Assembly (NCBI GenBank): GCA_965214095.1
Contig: OZ243938.1
Span: 768,001 to 832,000, forward strand
Length of the DNA stretch: 64,000 nt
Origin: Candidatus Poribacteria bacterium
GTDB taxonomy: Bacteria > Poribacteria > WGA-4E > WGA-3G
Reading direction: 5' to 3'
Below the pieces are notes generated by a model that saw only the letters and a program-made list of their open reading frames with translations, made no database searches and was not told the DNA's origin. This document shows, one piece after another, positions 1 through 8,677 of this stretch (position 1 is the stretch's first letter; each line of letters opens with the position of its first letter). A program made the position numbers and the translations under genes.

Positions 1-16
1 TTCACGAATAGGCTAT

Positions 17-1336
17 ATGTTAGTTGATGAAATAAAGACATTCTTCAAAGCACCTGCAACCCTAATTGAATCAGGGGAATTTGGAAATGTCGTGTGGGCT
101 CTCATAATTGACTCACGTGAGGATGTACACGCTCACGGTTTCCACTTGATGTCAACTGCCTATGAGGCATATAAAAACCCAGAGGATTCAACAAATACTC
201 TGACGGAAATTACAGAATATCCTGCTAAAAAACAAACGTCTTCTTCAGATGTTCAAGATGTCCAACAGTTGTATACGAACCAATTAGACCAGAACCTTTC
301 TGAACTTCATGAAAAACACATAGAAATAGAAAGACTTGGGAACGTAATAGATGAAATAAAAGCACAACAAGGAGCACTTCAAAAAAAGAATAAACGGTTG
401 GAACAACATTGCAAATTCCTGGTTGAAGAGAACGACAGATTGAAAAATAGAATTTCTACTTTTCAAGAAAAAGAAGAAAGACTTGTTATATTGCAAAAAG
501 AAAATGAAAGCCTAAAGCAAGTTACGGATCAATATGCTCAAACATCTACAAATCTTGAAAAATTAGATGCTGAACATCAAAATCTATTAACAAAACACGA
601 AGAAATTACTGCGCAACTCCACGAACTTGATCAATTCAAAGCATCTACCGAGTCATTCATGGTTGAATTGAAGTTAGTTGAAGAAGCAATATTCAAGGAA
701 AACAATGTACTAACACAATTAAAGTCCGATATACAAAACCATTTTGAGCTGATAGACAAATCGCAAGAGGAATCAAGGGTTGCCCTAAACAAAATTAGAA
801 TGACAGTTAAACATATTGAAATTCCTGATATGGAATCAACTCATGAAACTAATAAGAATACAACTCATGAACGGGTAGGGGTTTTTGTGGATGTACAAAA
901 TATGTTCTACGCTGCAAAAGACCGTTTTGAGCGAAGAGTTGATTACATCAAACTTCTTGACCTGATCGTCGGTCCGCGCCAACTCCTCTGTGCTTATGCA
1001 TATATCGTACAAATTCCAGAAATAAAACAAGGCAATTTCATTTCTCTGTTAGAACACAATGGATACACAATACGCAGTAAAGACTTGCGATTACGAGGGG
1101 ACGGTTCCGCAAAAGGTGATTGGGATGTCGGAATTGCTGTTGATGTTGTTTCAATGCTCAGATCATTAGATGTTGTAATTTTGGCAAGTGGAGACGGGGA
1201 TTTCTGTCCTTTGGCTGAACTCATTAAACAACAACAAAAAAGAATAGAGGTCGTGGCATTTGAGCATAACACATCAATGGACTTGCAAGCAATGGCTGAC
1301 CAATTCTTCCCAATCGGTGAAGAATTATTGATGTAG
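17..1336 (+). CDS. NYN (LabA/DUF88, PIN-like) domain protein with long N-terminal coiled coil; true start may lie upstream of the window
   Basis: C-terminal VFVDVQN...KGDWDVGIAVD...LASGDGDF motifs typical of NYN domains; central region is Q/E/K/L-rich and heptad-like. Confidence 0.85.
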   Translation: MLVDEIKTFFKAPATLIESGEFGNVVWALIIDSREDVHAHGFHLMSTAYEAYKNPEDSTNTLTEITEYPAKKQTSSSDVQDVQQLYTNQLDQNLSELHEKHIEIERLGNVIDEIKAQQGALQKKNKRLEQHCKFLVEENDRLKNRISTFQEKEERLVILQKENESLKQVTDQYAQTSTNLEKLDAEHQNLLTKHEEITAQLHELDQFKASTESFMVELKLVEEAIFKENNVLTQLKSDIQNHFELIDKSQEESRVALNKIRMTVKHIEIPDMESTHETNKNTTHERVGVFVDVQNMFYAAKDRFERRVDYIKLLDLIVGPRQLLCAYAYIVQIPEIKQGNFISLLEHNGYTIRSKDLRLRGDGSAKGDWDVGIAVDVVSMLRSLDVVILASGDGDFCPLAELIKQQQKRIEVVAFEHNTSMDLQAMADQFFPIGEELLM

Positions 1337-1420
1337 TACCATATCTGAAATATAATAGTTGATTAAGAAATTAAACCGTTTGTAATCGCGCAATTTATTC
1401 CGCCCTTATACTCTTCATCT

Positions 1421-1558
1421 TATAGTGAAATGTAAAAATCCGTGCACACTCCCCGGTAGATGCGGTTTCCTAACCGCATCTATGAGACTGAACAAACACC
1501 GGTTCGGTTAGGAAACCGAACCTACCGTAGTGTGTAAATAATTATGGTTTTTACTATA
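1421..1558 (+). mobile_element. 138-bp MITE-like element (family A) containing an inverted REP doublet
   Basis: Termini TATAGTGAAA...TTTTACTATA; internal GTAGATGCGGTTTCCTAACCGCATC (1456-1480) and inverted GGTTCGGTTAGGAAACCGAACCTAC (1501-1525); near-identical copies at 6807-6943 and 60730-60867. Confidence 0.85.
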
Positions 1559-1611
1559 ATGTTAACCTATAATTCCACAAAGAAGTCTTATTTTTCTGGA
1601 CTGTTATTATT

Positions 1612-3036
1612 ATGTATCCCAGAATCAATATAGTCAATGTAACTTCATCGCGAATAATATATCGAAATATCATTCCTTTTTTCTGCATGCTTCTATCTAT
1701 AGTACCCTATACTGGTTACACAGAATGGAAACATACTGAAAACCTACCAATATGCACAGCTGAAAGCGAACAATATTTCCCTACAATTACAACTGACGGA
1801 AGAGATGGTGCCATTATCACTTGGCGCGATGGACGAAATGGCAGTTATGATATTTATGCACAACGAGTTGACAGCAATGGTGACATTGTTTGGGAAGAGA
1901 ACGGTATCCCAATATGTACGCATAAAGCATCTCAAAGTAACCCAGTAATCGTCTCTGACCTAAACGGTGGGGCAATCATTGTTTGGGGAGATACAAGAAA
2001 CGGATCCCAAGACAGCTATGCACAACGTATCAATACACAAGGAGAAAAACTGTGGAAACAGGACGGTGTCTCAATCTGCATAGAACCTAACTTACAAGAC
2101 GATTTTACTGCGATATCCGATGGAAAAGGTGGCGTTATTATTGTCTGGGAAGATTGGCGTTCAGGTAATCAAGATATCTATGCACAGAAATTGGCTACGG
2201 ATGGCTCCATAGTTTGGGAACAGAACGGGATTGCCGTGTTTAAAGGGAATGGAGACCAATACGATCCTGCTATAATCAGCGATGGTGATGGCGGAGCATT
2301 CATTGTATGGTGGGACATCAGCACTCCTGATTGGAATATATTTGCACAACGGATTGATAGCAAAGGTAATGAAGCATGGGATTCTCCTATTGCTGTATGC
2401 TCAGCACAAGGTAACCAAGGTGCTCCTGCGATTGTAACGGATGGCAACGGTGGTGTGTTCTGTGTCTGGGCAGACTATCGCAATGATCCTAATTTTCTAA
2501 CCTCCGCACAACTGTATGCACAACATCTAACTGCTGATGGACAAACCCTATGGATTAAAGACGGAATACCTATCGGTGAAGTCACTGCTAATCAACAACA
2601 ACACAATTGCGTCAGTGATGGAGATGGCGGGTTTATCGTGGCGTGGTGGGACGATCGGGATATTTTTCCAGACATATACGCACAACGCATTAATGTTGAT
2701 GGAAAGATACTTTGGGATAAAGAAGGCATCCCAATTTGCACTGAAGGAGGAGTCCAGCAAAATCCCATGCTTGTTACTGATGGGGTCGGTGGTGCAATCG
2801 CCTATTGGGTTGACTTTAGAGAAGATATCGGTAACGCTACTGAGGATGCAATATATGCCCAACGTATTGGTTCTGATGGAAATGTGCTTTGGCAGGAAAA
2901 CGGTGTACCAGTATCTGCTGCTGAAAAAGAGCAGATCTCACCACGGGCAATTTCTGTCGGCACTGGCAGTGCAATCGTTGTATGGAGTGATGCCCGTGGA
3001 AAAGACCATGACATCTATATCCATCGTGTTCAATAA
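1612..3036 (+). CDS. Probably secreted beta-propeller-like repeat protein (start codon uncertain)
   Basis: About seven repeats of Q-x-x-P...DG-x-GGAII-x-W-x-D-x-R...DIYAQR; hydrophobic N-terminal stretch. Confidence 0.75.
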   Translation: MYPRINIVNVTSSRIIYRNIIPFFCMLLSIVPYTGYTEWKHTENLPICTAESEQYFPTITTDGRDGAIITWRDGRNGSYDIYAQRVDSNGDIVWEENGIPICTHKASQSNPVIVSDLNGGAIIVWGDTRNGSQDSYAQRINTQGEKLWKQDGVSICIEPNLQDDFTAISDGKGGVIIVWEDWRSGNQDIYAQKLATDGSIVWEQNGIAVFKGNGDQYDPAIISDGDGGAFIVWWDISTPDWNIFAQRIDSKGNEAWDSPIAVCSAQGNQGAPAIVTDGNGGVFCVWADYRNDPNFLTSAQLYAQHLTADGQTLWIKDGIPIGEVTANQQQHNCVSDGDGGFIVAWWDDRDIFPDIYAQRINVDGKILWDKEGIPICTEGGVQQNPMLVTDGVGGAIAYWVDFREDIGNATEDAIYAQRIGSDGNVLWQENGVPVSAAEKEQISPRAISVGTGSAIVVWSDARGKDHDIYIHRVQ

Positions 3037-3074
3037 TCAGCGACAGAAACGCACTACTTATACAAGGACATTAT

Positions 3075-5006
3075 TCATTCTAATTCTGCTAATCTTGATA
3101 GATGCCAATTTGGATCTTCTAATGCTTCGTAGACTACACCACCCTCTACATTTGCAGGCATCGGAAGACCTAAAAGATAACAGAGCGTCGGTGCAACATC
3201 TACCACACGCACTTGTCGTTCTAACGCAATCCCCTGACGAACACCAGCACCAGAAAGGATAAACGTTGAATGTTGTCCACCGATCCCAAAACTTACCGAT
3301 GGCAACTGCTTTCCGTGTGCTCCATCAAACTCAGGACGAAGTGCATAGACAACATCCCCCACAAGATTACCATGTAGATTCAACATCTCAGCATCCTCCC
3401 GAGTTACAGCCAATGAAAAAGGATGCTTACCTGTTTCTGGATCACGGTATGCGTGGAGTGCTGCGATTATCTCACGTTGTGTTGCTTCGTAATCTTCCGC
3501 TGCAACAATTCCATTGGGTTCGCGTCCCTTAAGGTTTATGAAGATATGTACCAAACCGACATTAAGTGCACGCGTTCTCGTCCAGTCAATATCACCCCTA
3601 TCTTGCCTGACAATAAATCCTGTCTCCTCCAACACTTTTTCAATATCAACTGCACGGAATTGATTCGGTGTGCCGCCATGATCAGCGCAAATTAACACAA
3701 CCGTTTCGTCATCAGCAAGTTCTGCTATCTGTCCAATCATTCGGTCTACAGATTCATAAGTACGGCGCAGCCCCTCGCGACACCGATGGACTGTCTCTTC
3801 CGATGCCCCACTAATTTCATCTGCTTGACTTAAGAAAAAATGACTTGCGTAGTCCGGCGCATGTGTCTCAACCATGAGTACATCCCAATCATTTTCGGAT
3901 GCAAGATAAGTTGCCACATCAGCCAAACGTTGATGGTGATAGTCTAACAATTCAAAATACGTATCATCATCCACCTGACCAAGTGCATCGCGAGCCGGAT
4001 TCTGAAGGAATGATCCAACATGCTTGTCAATTGATGTTGCGACATCAGGTGGAACCGTATAATCAGCACGGGGCCATATCTGTGGCACGAAAAGTTCAAA
4101 GGAATCCGCAGTTGATGTCAATGTGACGAGTTTCATGCGGACGTATCCTTCAACGGTATCTCCATCAATCTCAAAAGAATCAAGCCACCACTCACTCCAA
4201 TCTCCGACACCGAGATCAGCAACAGCATCATCACCTGAACGACTGCTATATACTTTTATCCTATCATACCCATTATCATTAGTTGCAAGAATAAGTCCAT
4301 AGAAAGGTTTAGGGACACCGGTTTTGCCACGGTTCATATTCTCTCTTCCGCGTGCTAAAGGATGTATCGTAAGTTCTACTTCAAGCACAGGTTTGTTAGA
4401 CTTAGGTAATGTTCCTTGCCATTTTTTCTCATCTACAGGGTTGATTGTTACCGAATCGATGTGTTTAATCTTCTGCAATGCACTTGGATCAAGTGATTCA
4501 GGGTCGCGTTGTCCTCCTATCGGACGTGGTGCCCATTTCCCTGAAACAAATAGATGATAACCTGCAACTTGATGATGATTAGATACACCTGGACCTGTAC
4601 CCTCAACTTGTATACCTGTTTTCACAGTTGGCGGCCATGACATCTCCCATTTGACTAAAATCGGTTTTCCACCTATTCGTTCAACAAGGTTCCAGATATA
4701 TTCCGATTTGCACAATCCTGTATTGATTCCCCACACGGTTTCATCAAGTTCCTGCCCAACTGCACGAATGTTAAAATCCATTACTCTATGCGTCCCAGGC
4801 CATGAACCTGTTGAGAGTGCTGTCCAACCCGGCGGGGTTAAAGTTGGAAAAACTCCGATCATTGGACGATACACACCCTTTTCGCGTAACTCCCGCATAT
4901 TAGGGGCGTGTCCCCAATCAATCATATTGTTAACAAGTTCCATGCTTGCACCATCCATACCAATGATGATAGCACGTTTCGCGGGAGAATGTAGACTGCG
5001 TTTCAC
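3075..5006 (-). CDS. Alkaline phosphatase superfamily protein (nucleotide pyrophosphatase/phosphodiesterase type)
   Basis: IIGMDGAS, PTLTPPGWTALSTG, ADHG and DVAPTL motifs; GTG at 5006 preceded by AAAGGAG (ORF track starts at TTG 5021). Confidence 0.85.
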   Translation of the reverse strand: MKRSLHSPAKRAIIIGMDGASMELVNNMIDWGHAPNMRELREKGVYRPMIGVFPTLTPPGWTALSTGSWPGTHRVMDFNIRAVGQELDETVWGINTGLCKSEYIWNLVERIGGKPILVKWEMSWPPTVKTGIQVEGTGPGVSNHHQVAGYHLFVSGKWAPRPIGGQRDPESLDPSALQKIKHIDSVTINPVDEKKWQGTLPKSNKPVLEVELTIHPLARGRENMNRGKTGVPKPFYGLILATNDNGYDRIKVYSSRSGDDAVADLGVGDWSEWWLDSFEIDGDTVEGYVRMKLVTLTSTADSFELFVPQIWPRADYTVPPDVATSIDKHVGSFLQNPARDALGQVDDDTYFELLDYHHQRLADVATYLASENDWDVLMVETHAPDYASHFFLSQADEISGASEETVHRCREGLRRTYESVDRMIGQIAELADDETVVLICADHGGTPNQFRAVDIEKVLEETGFIVRQDRGDIDWTRTRALNVGLVHIFINLKGREPNGIVAAEDYEATQREIIAALHAYRDPETGKHPFSLAVTREDAEMLNLHGNLVGDVVYALRPEFDGAHGKQLPSVSFGIGGQHSTFILSGAGVRQGIALERQVRVVDVAPTLCYLLGLPMPANVEGGVVYEALEDPNWHLSRLAELE

Positions 5007-5017
5007 AATCGCTCCTT

Positions 5018-6775
5018 TCAACTAACTTCGTTGTGTAGAATCTGAAGTAGATCCTCTAACGGATAAGTATTGATAACATCGTCTTTTGTCAATCCACTAC
5101 GTCGCGCAACATTCACGCCATACCTATATCGTTCAGATTCTGGTAGTGAATGCGCATCGGTATTTACTGCAATCAACACGCCTGCATCTTTGGCTTTTCG
5201 CACATATTCAGGACCTAAATCTAAACGACTCGGTGAACCATTTATCTCCAAAACTGTTTTGTTCTCTGCCGCCGCAGCAATTACTTCGTCAAGATTAATT
5301 GGATATCCTTTCCTTCTACCAAGCAATCGTCCAGTTGGATGACCGATAATCATGACATACGGATTCTCAATTGCACGAATCACTCGTTTCGTCATTTCTG
5401 TTTCCGATAGTGTAAAAAGACTATGCACACTTGCAACGACGATATCAAGTTGGACAAGAATTTCATCAGAAAAATCAAGCGACCCATCTCTACGGATATC
5501 CACCTCTGAACCCGCTAATAGTTTTATTCCATCTGTTTCCTCATCTAATCTATGCACATATTCTATCTGTTTCAATAACCGTTCTTGATCCAATCCATTT
5601 GCAACGGATGACGAAACAGAATGATCCGTAATCGCATAGTACTCTAATTGGCGTTTGATGGCAGCTGCAACCATGTCTTCCATAATATGTGCACCATCAC
5701 TCCAGTCAGTGTGCGTATGTAAATCTCCTCGTAGGTCATTATAGTCTATCAATACAGGTAATTCGTCATCACATGCTAAGGCAACAGAATCAGGATATTT
5801 CCGCAGCTCCGGTGGTATAAATGACATCCCTAAATTATCAAATATTTCAGATTCTGTTTTATTCCGTGAAGCAATTAAGAAATCTGAACTTTCACTTTGT
5901 CCACTTACATTAGGGTATTCAGCAAGATGTTCATTCGTTGGTGTTGTCAGGAATAGGAGTGACTCAAAATCTTCTGCCTTGCACAAATAGACAGTAACAG
6001 GAAAACCGTTGTCAACGAGGAGATGTATTTTCTCTAATGAGTCTGATGGGGGAATTTTATCTTTATAGTTCTTGTCTTTGCTGATTTCAGGCTGAAGTGG
6101 TTGTTTATGTGTCAAAAATGTCTCAATTAGTGCACTTTGGACTTCACCAATGCTATCTTGGCATTCCACTACGATTTCAATACAACGACAGACCTCTTCA
6201 AGTCTACGTACATCACCTGTAAATTCAAATCGTTCAACTGAATCACATGCATTAATGATTTCAGATAAATGTGCTGACAAATCTAAGCATCTTGCAAGAA
6301 TACGAGTCCCTTTATGGGTGTTGAGAAACTCAAGACTTTCCGAAATAGTTACCAGTGTCTTTTTTCCAATACCTTTTATCTCCTGAAGTTTTCCAGATTC
6401 AAGCATATCAGAGAGTTGATTTAGGTTATTGATACCAAAATCATTATAGAGTAGGCTTGCTGTCTTGCCGCCGATCCCTTTCAATTCCAATAGATCCAGC
6501 ACTTCAACTCCCATTTCTGCTATAAGTTTTTCATAGGCTTGACATGTGCCTGTTTCCAAAATCTCTTTAGACTTTTCCTCTATCGTCTTTCCAATACCAG
6601 AAATGTTCTGGAATTTGCCCTCCTCAATCAATATACTAACATCTTCAGCCAAATCACTGATAATATCTGATGCTTTCTCATAAGACCTTATTCGGAATGA
6701 TGGTTCACCTTTTATTGTCAGGAATTTAGCAATATTCTTAAAGATAATACTTATTTCAATGTTTTTCATTATCAA
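5018..6775 (-). CDS. polX: DNA polymerase X / PHP-domain exonuclease
   Basis: HhH motifs (GIGKT, GIGGKT, GIGKKT), FIPPELR, PHP motifs DLHTHTDWSDG, ITDHS, GHPTGR, NTDAH. Confidence 0.92.
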   Translation of the reverse strand: MIMKNIEISIIFKNIAKFLTIKGEPSFRIRSYEKASDIISDLAEDVSILIEEGKFQNISGIGKTIEEKSKEILETGTCQAYEKLIAEMGVEVLDLLELKGIGGKTASLLYNDFGINNLNQLSDMLESGKLQEIKGIGKKTLVTISESLEFLNTHKGTRILARCLDLSAHLSEIINACDSVERFEFTGDVRRLEEVCRCIEIVVECQDSIGEVQSALIETFLTHKQPLQPEISKDKNYKDKIPPSDSLEKIHLLVDNGFPVTVYLCKAEDFESLLFLTTPTNEHLAEYPNVSGQSESSDFLIASRNKTESEIFDNLGMSFIPPELRKYPDSVALACDDELPVLIDYNDLRGDLHTHTDWSDGAHIMEDMVAAAIKRQLEYYAITDHSVSSSVANGLDQERLLKQIEYVHRLDEETDGIKLLAGSEVDIRRDGSLDFSDEILVQLDIVVASVHSLFTLSETEMTKRVIRAIENPYVMIIGHPTGRLLGRRKGYPINLDEVIAAAAENKTVLEINGSPSRLDLGPEYVRKAKDAGVLIAVNTDAHSLPESERYRYGVNVARRSGLTKDDVINTYPLEDLLQILHNEVS

Positions 6776-6806
6776 GGGATGTCCTAAACTGTATATTGAA
6801 TTCAGT

Positions 6807-6943
6807 TATTGTAAAACCATAATTATTTACACACGACGGTAGGTTCGGTTTCCTAACCGAACCGGTCTTTGTTCAGTGTCATAGATGCGGTTAGGAAACC
6901 GAACCTACCGGGGAGTGTGCACATATTTTTACATTTCATTATA
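6807..6943 (-). mobile_element. MITE-like element family A (inverted copy)
   Basis: Reverse-complement match to 1421-1558, including both REP hairpins. Confidence 0.85.
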
Positions 6944-6992
6944 AATAGTGATATATCGTGAGATCAGTATAATTATAACCTGCCTATGCAGC

Positions 6993-7859
6993 TTACCTGT
7001 TTTTATAGGTCTTTGCATACTTACGAAATGCGGAAAAACCAGAAAAAACACCAATAATCACACCTGTAACCACAATCGCAATTAGTTGATAATATGGAAG
7101 GAATTCAAGAACACCGATTTGGAAAGTAAAAATGCAGTAAAGCAAATAGAAACAGGCTATACCTAACAGAGGACCGAAAAATCCCAGAACGAATCCTTGA
7201 ATGAGGAAAGGAAAACGAATATATCCGCGAGTTCCACCGATAATGTTAATTAGGTGTATTTCATCATCTCGCGTTTGACCTGTTTTCAATACTGCAGCGC
7301 GTATCAATATAAATGAGATGAGAACTGTAAAGACAATACATGCGATTGTCATACGACTCGTTTGACGATAAAAATCTGTCAAGATACCGTGTCCTGTAAA
7401 AACTACATCATCAATTGTGTCATAGGCTTCTATATCAAAAGCAATATCTTCCAACGTTCTTCGTGATAAATTATCAGAGTTAACATAAATCTCTAATGAT
7501 GCTGGGAAAGGATTACTGCCGGAAAAACCATTCTTTATCAATTTACCGAGAGGTCCAAACTGCTTCTCTGCACGGTTCAAGTTTTCTTCTTTTGAAATAA
7601 AATCTATATATAAAATCTTTTCATTTTTCTGAATCTGATTAGCAAATACCCTTGCATCATCTTCAACGACTGTATCATTGGCAAATGCTACAAGTGGAGC
7701 TTCAGTCTCTTTCAATGATAGTTCCTTATATATGGAACTGTAATTGAATAGAAATGTATTCATTATTAAGATGAAAAAAGTAAGCGCAAGAAGGCATAAG
7801 ATGTTATTTGATTTTGTCAGTCCTAAATGCAGCAGTGCGTTTTGAATCAGGTGTCGCAT
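6993..7859 (-). CDS. ftsX: Cell-division permease FtsX
   Basis: N-terminal TM, FISKEE...NPFPAS periplasmic motif, EI..I..IGGT..YIRFPF..QG, further TMs; directly downstream of ftsE. Confidence 0.85.
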   Translation of the reverse strand: MRHLIQNALLHLGLTKSNNILCLLALTFFILIMNTFLFNYSSIYKELSLKETEAPLVAFANDTVVEDDARVFANQIQKNEKILYIDFISKEENLNRAEKQFGPLGKLIKNGFSGSNPFPASLEIYVNSDNLSRRTLEDIAFDIEAYDTIDDVVFTGHGILTDFYRQTSRMTIACIVFTVLISFILIRAAVLKTGQTRDDEIHLINIIGGTRGYIRFPFLIQGFVLGFFGPLLGIACFYLLYCIFTFQIGVLEFLPYYQLIAIVVTGVIIGVFSGFSAFRKYAKTYKNR

Positions 7860-7964
7860 TATATATTTGAAATTATCTATTGTAGGTTATGAGTTATAAT
7901 ACAAAATGTATCAGTCTTTATTTGCGTGTGTATGTACGTGTATTAGTTGTAATTGTTCGGTAAG

Positions 7965-8648
7965 TTATGTTGATATATGTCCATCTTTTAGTGTAAATAC
8001 CCGTTTGGGTGTGGCGTTTTGGGCACGTATATATCTTTCAGGGAGTTCAGGGTCCGTGGTAGAAACCAATACTGTAGTGCCTTGAAAATTCAGTGCATCA
8101 AAAAGCGCGAGCATTTCATGTGTAAGTGATGGATCAAGTGTATCCGTTGGTTGGTCAGCAATGAGTAACAATGGACTATTAATAATCGCTCTTGCAATTG
8201 CAAGTCGCTGACGTTCATTGTTGGATATTTGACTTGGAAATGCTCGTTTATGGTGAACCAATCCCATTTGGTGTAATAGATTATTAACATTTTCACGCAA
8301 AATCTGTATTTTTGTTTTGACTAATTTCTGAGGAATAGCAAGATTCTGTTCTACAGTTTTGTACTCAATAAGATTGCGGTCTTGAAAGACCACACCGATT
8401 TTGCGTCTGAAGTAGGGCAGTGTAGATGGCGTGAGATCAGCAAGGGATTGACCAAGAACATTTACAGAACCAGATGTTGGTGTTAAGGCTCCATATAAGA
8501 GTTTAAGCAGCGTCGTTTTCCCAGATCCGCTTCCACCTACGAGGAACCCGAACTCCCCAGGTTCAAGCCGAAAACTGGCTCGTTCCAACACACTGAGGTC
8601 ACGATAACTAAAATTAACTTGATGTAGTTGAATCATATTACATCTCAA
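7965..8648 (-). CDS. ftsE: Cell-division ABC ATPase FtsE (degenerate catalytic motifs)
   Basis: GGSGSGKTT Walker A, PYFRRKIGVVFQD typical of FtsE, adjacent to ftsX. Confidence 0.85.
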   Translation of the reverse strand: MRCNMIQLHQVNFSYRDLSVLERASFRLEPGEFGFLVGGSGSGKTTLLKLLYGALTPTSGSVNVLGQSLADLTPSTLPYFRRKIGVVFQDRNLIEYKTVEQNLAIPQKLVKTKIQILRENVNNLLHQMGLVHHKRAFPSQISNNERQRLAIARAIINSPLLLIADQPTDTLDPSLTHEMLALFDALNFQGTTVLVSTTDPELPERYIRAQNATPKRVFTLKDGHIST

Positions 8649-8677
8649 GTGAAAAAATCAAACTTGTGAATGTCCGA

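Noticed and set aside
1456-1525. CRISPR-like palindromic repeats
   Set aside because: Units are inverted doublets, not direct repeats with spacers; no cas genes
2537-3262. 241-aa alternative-frame ORF and the many short antisense ORFs in the track
   Set aside because: Shadows of well-supported genes, without motifs
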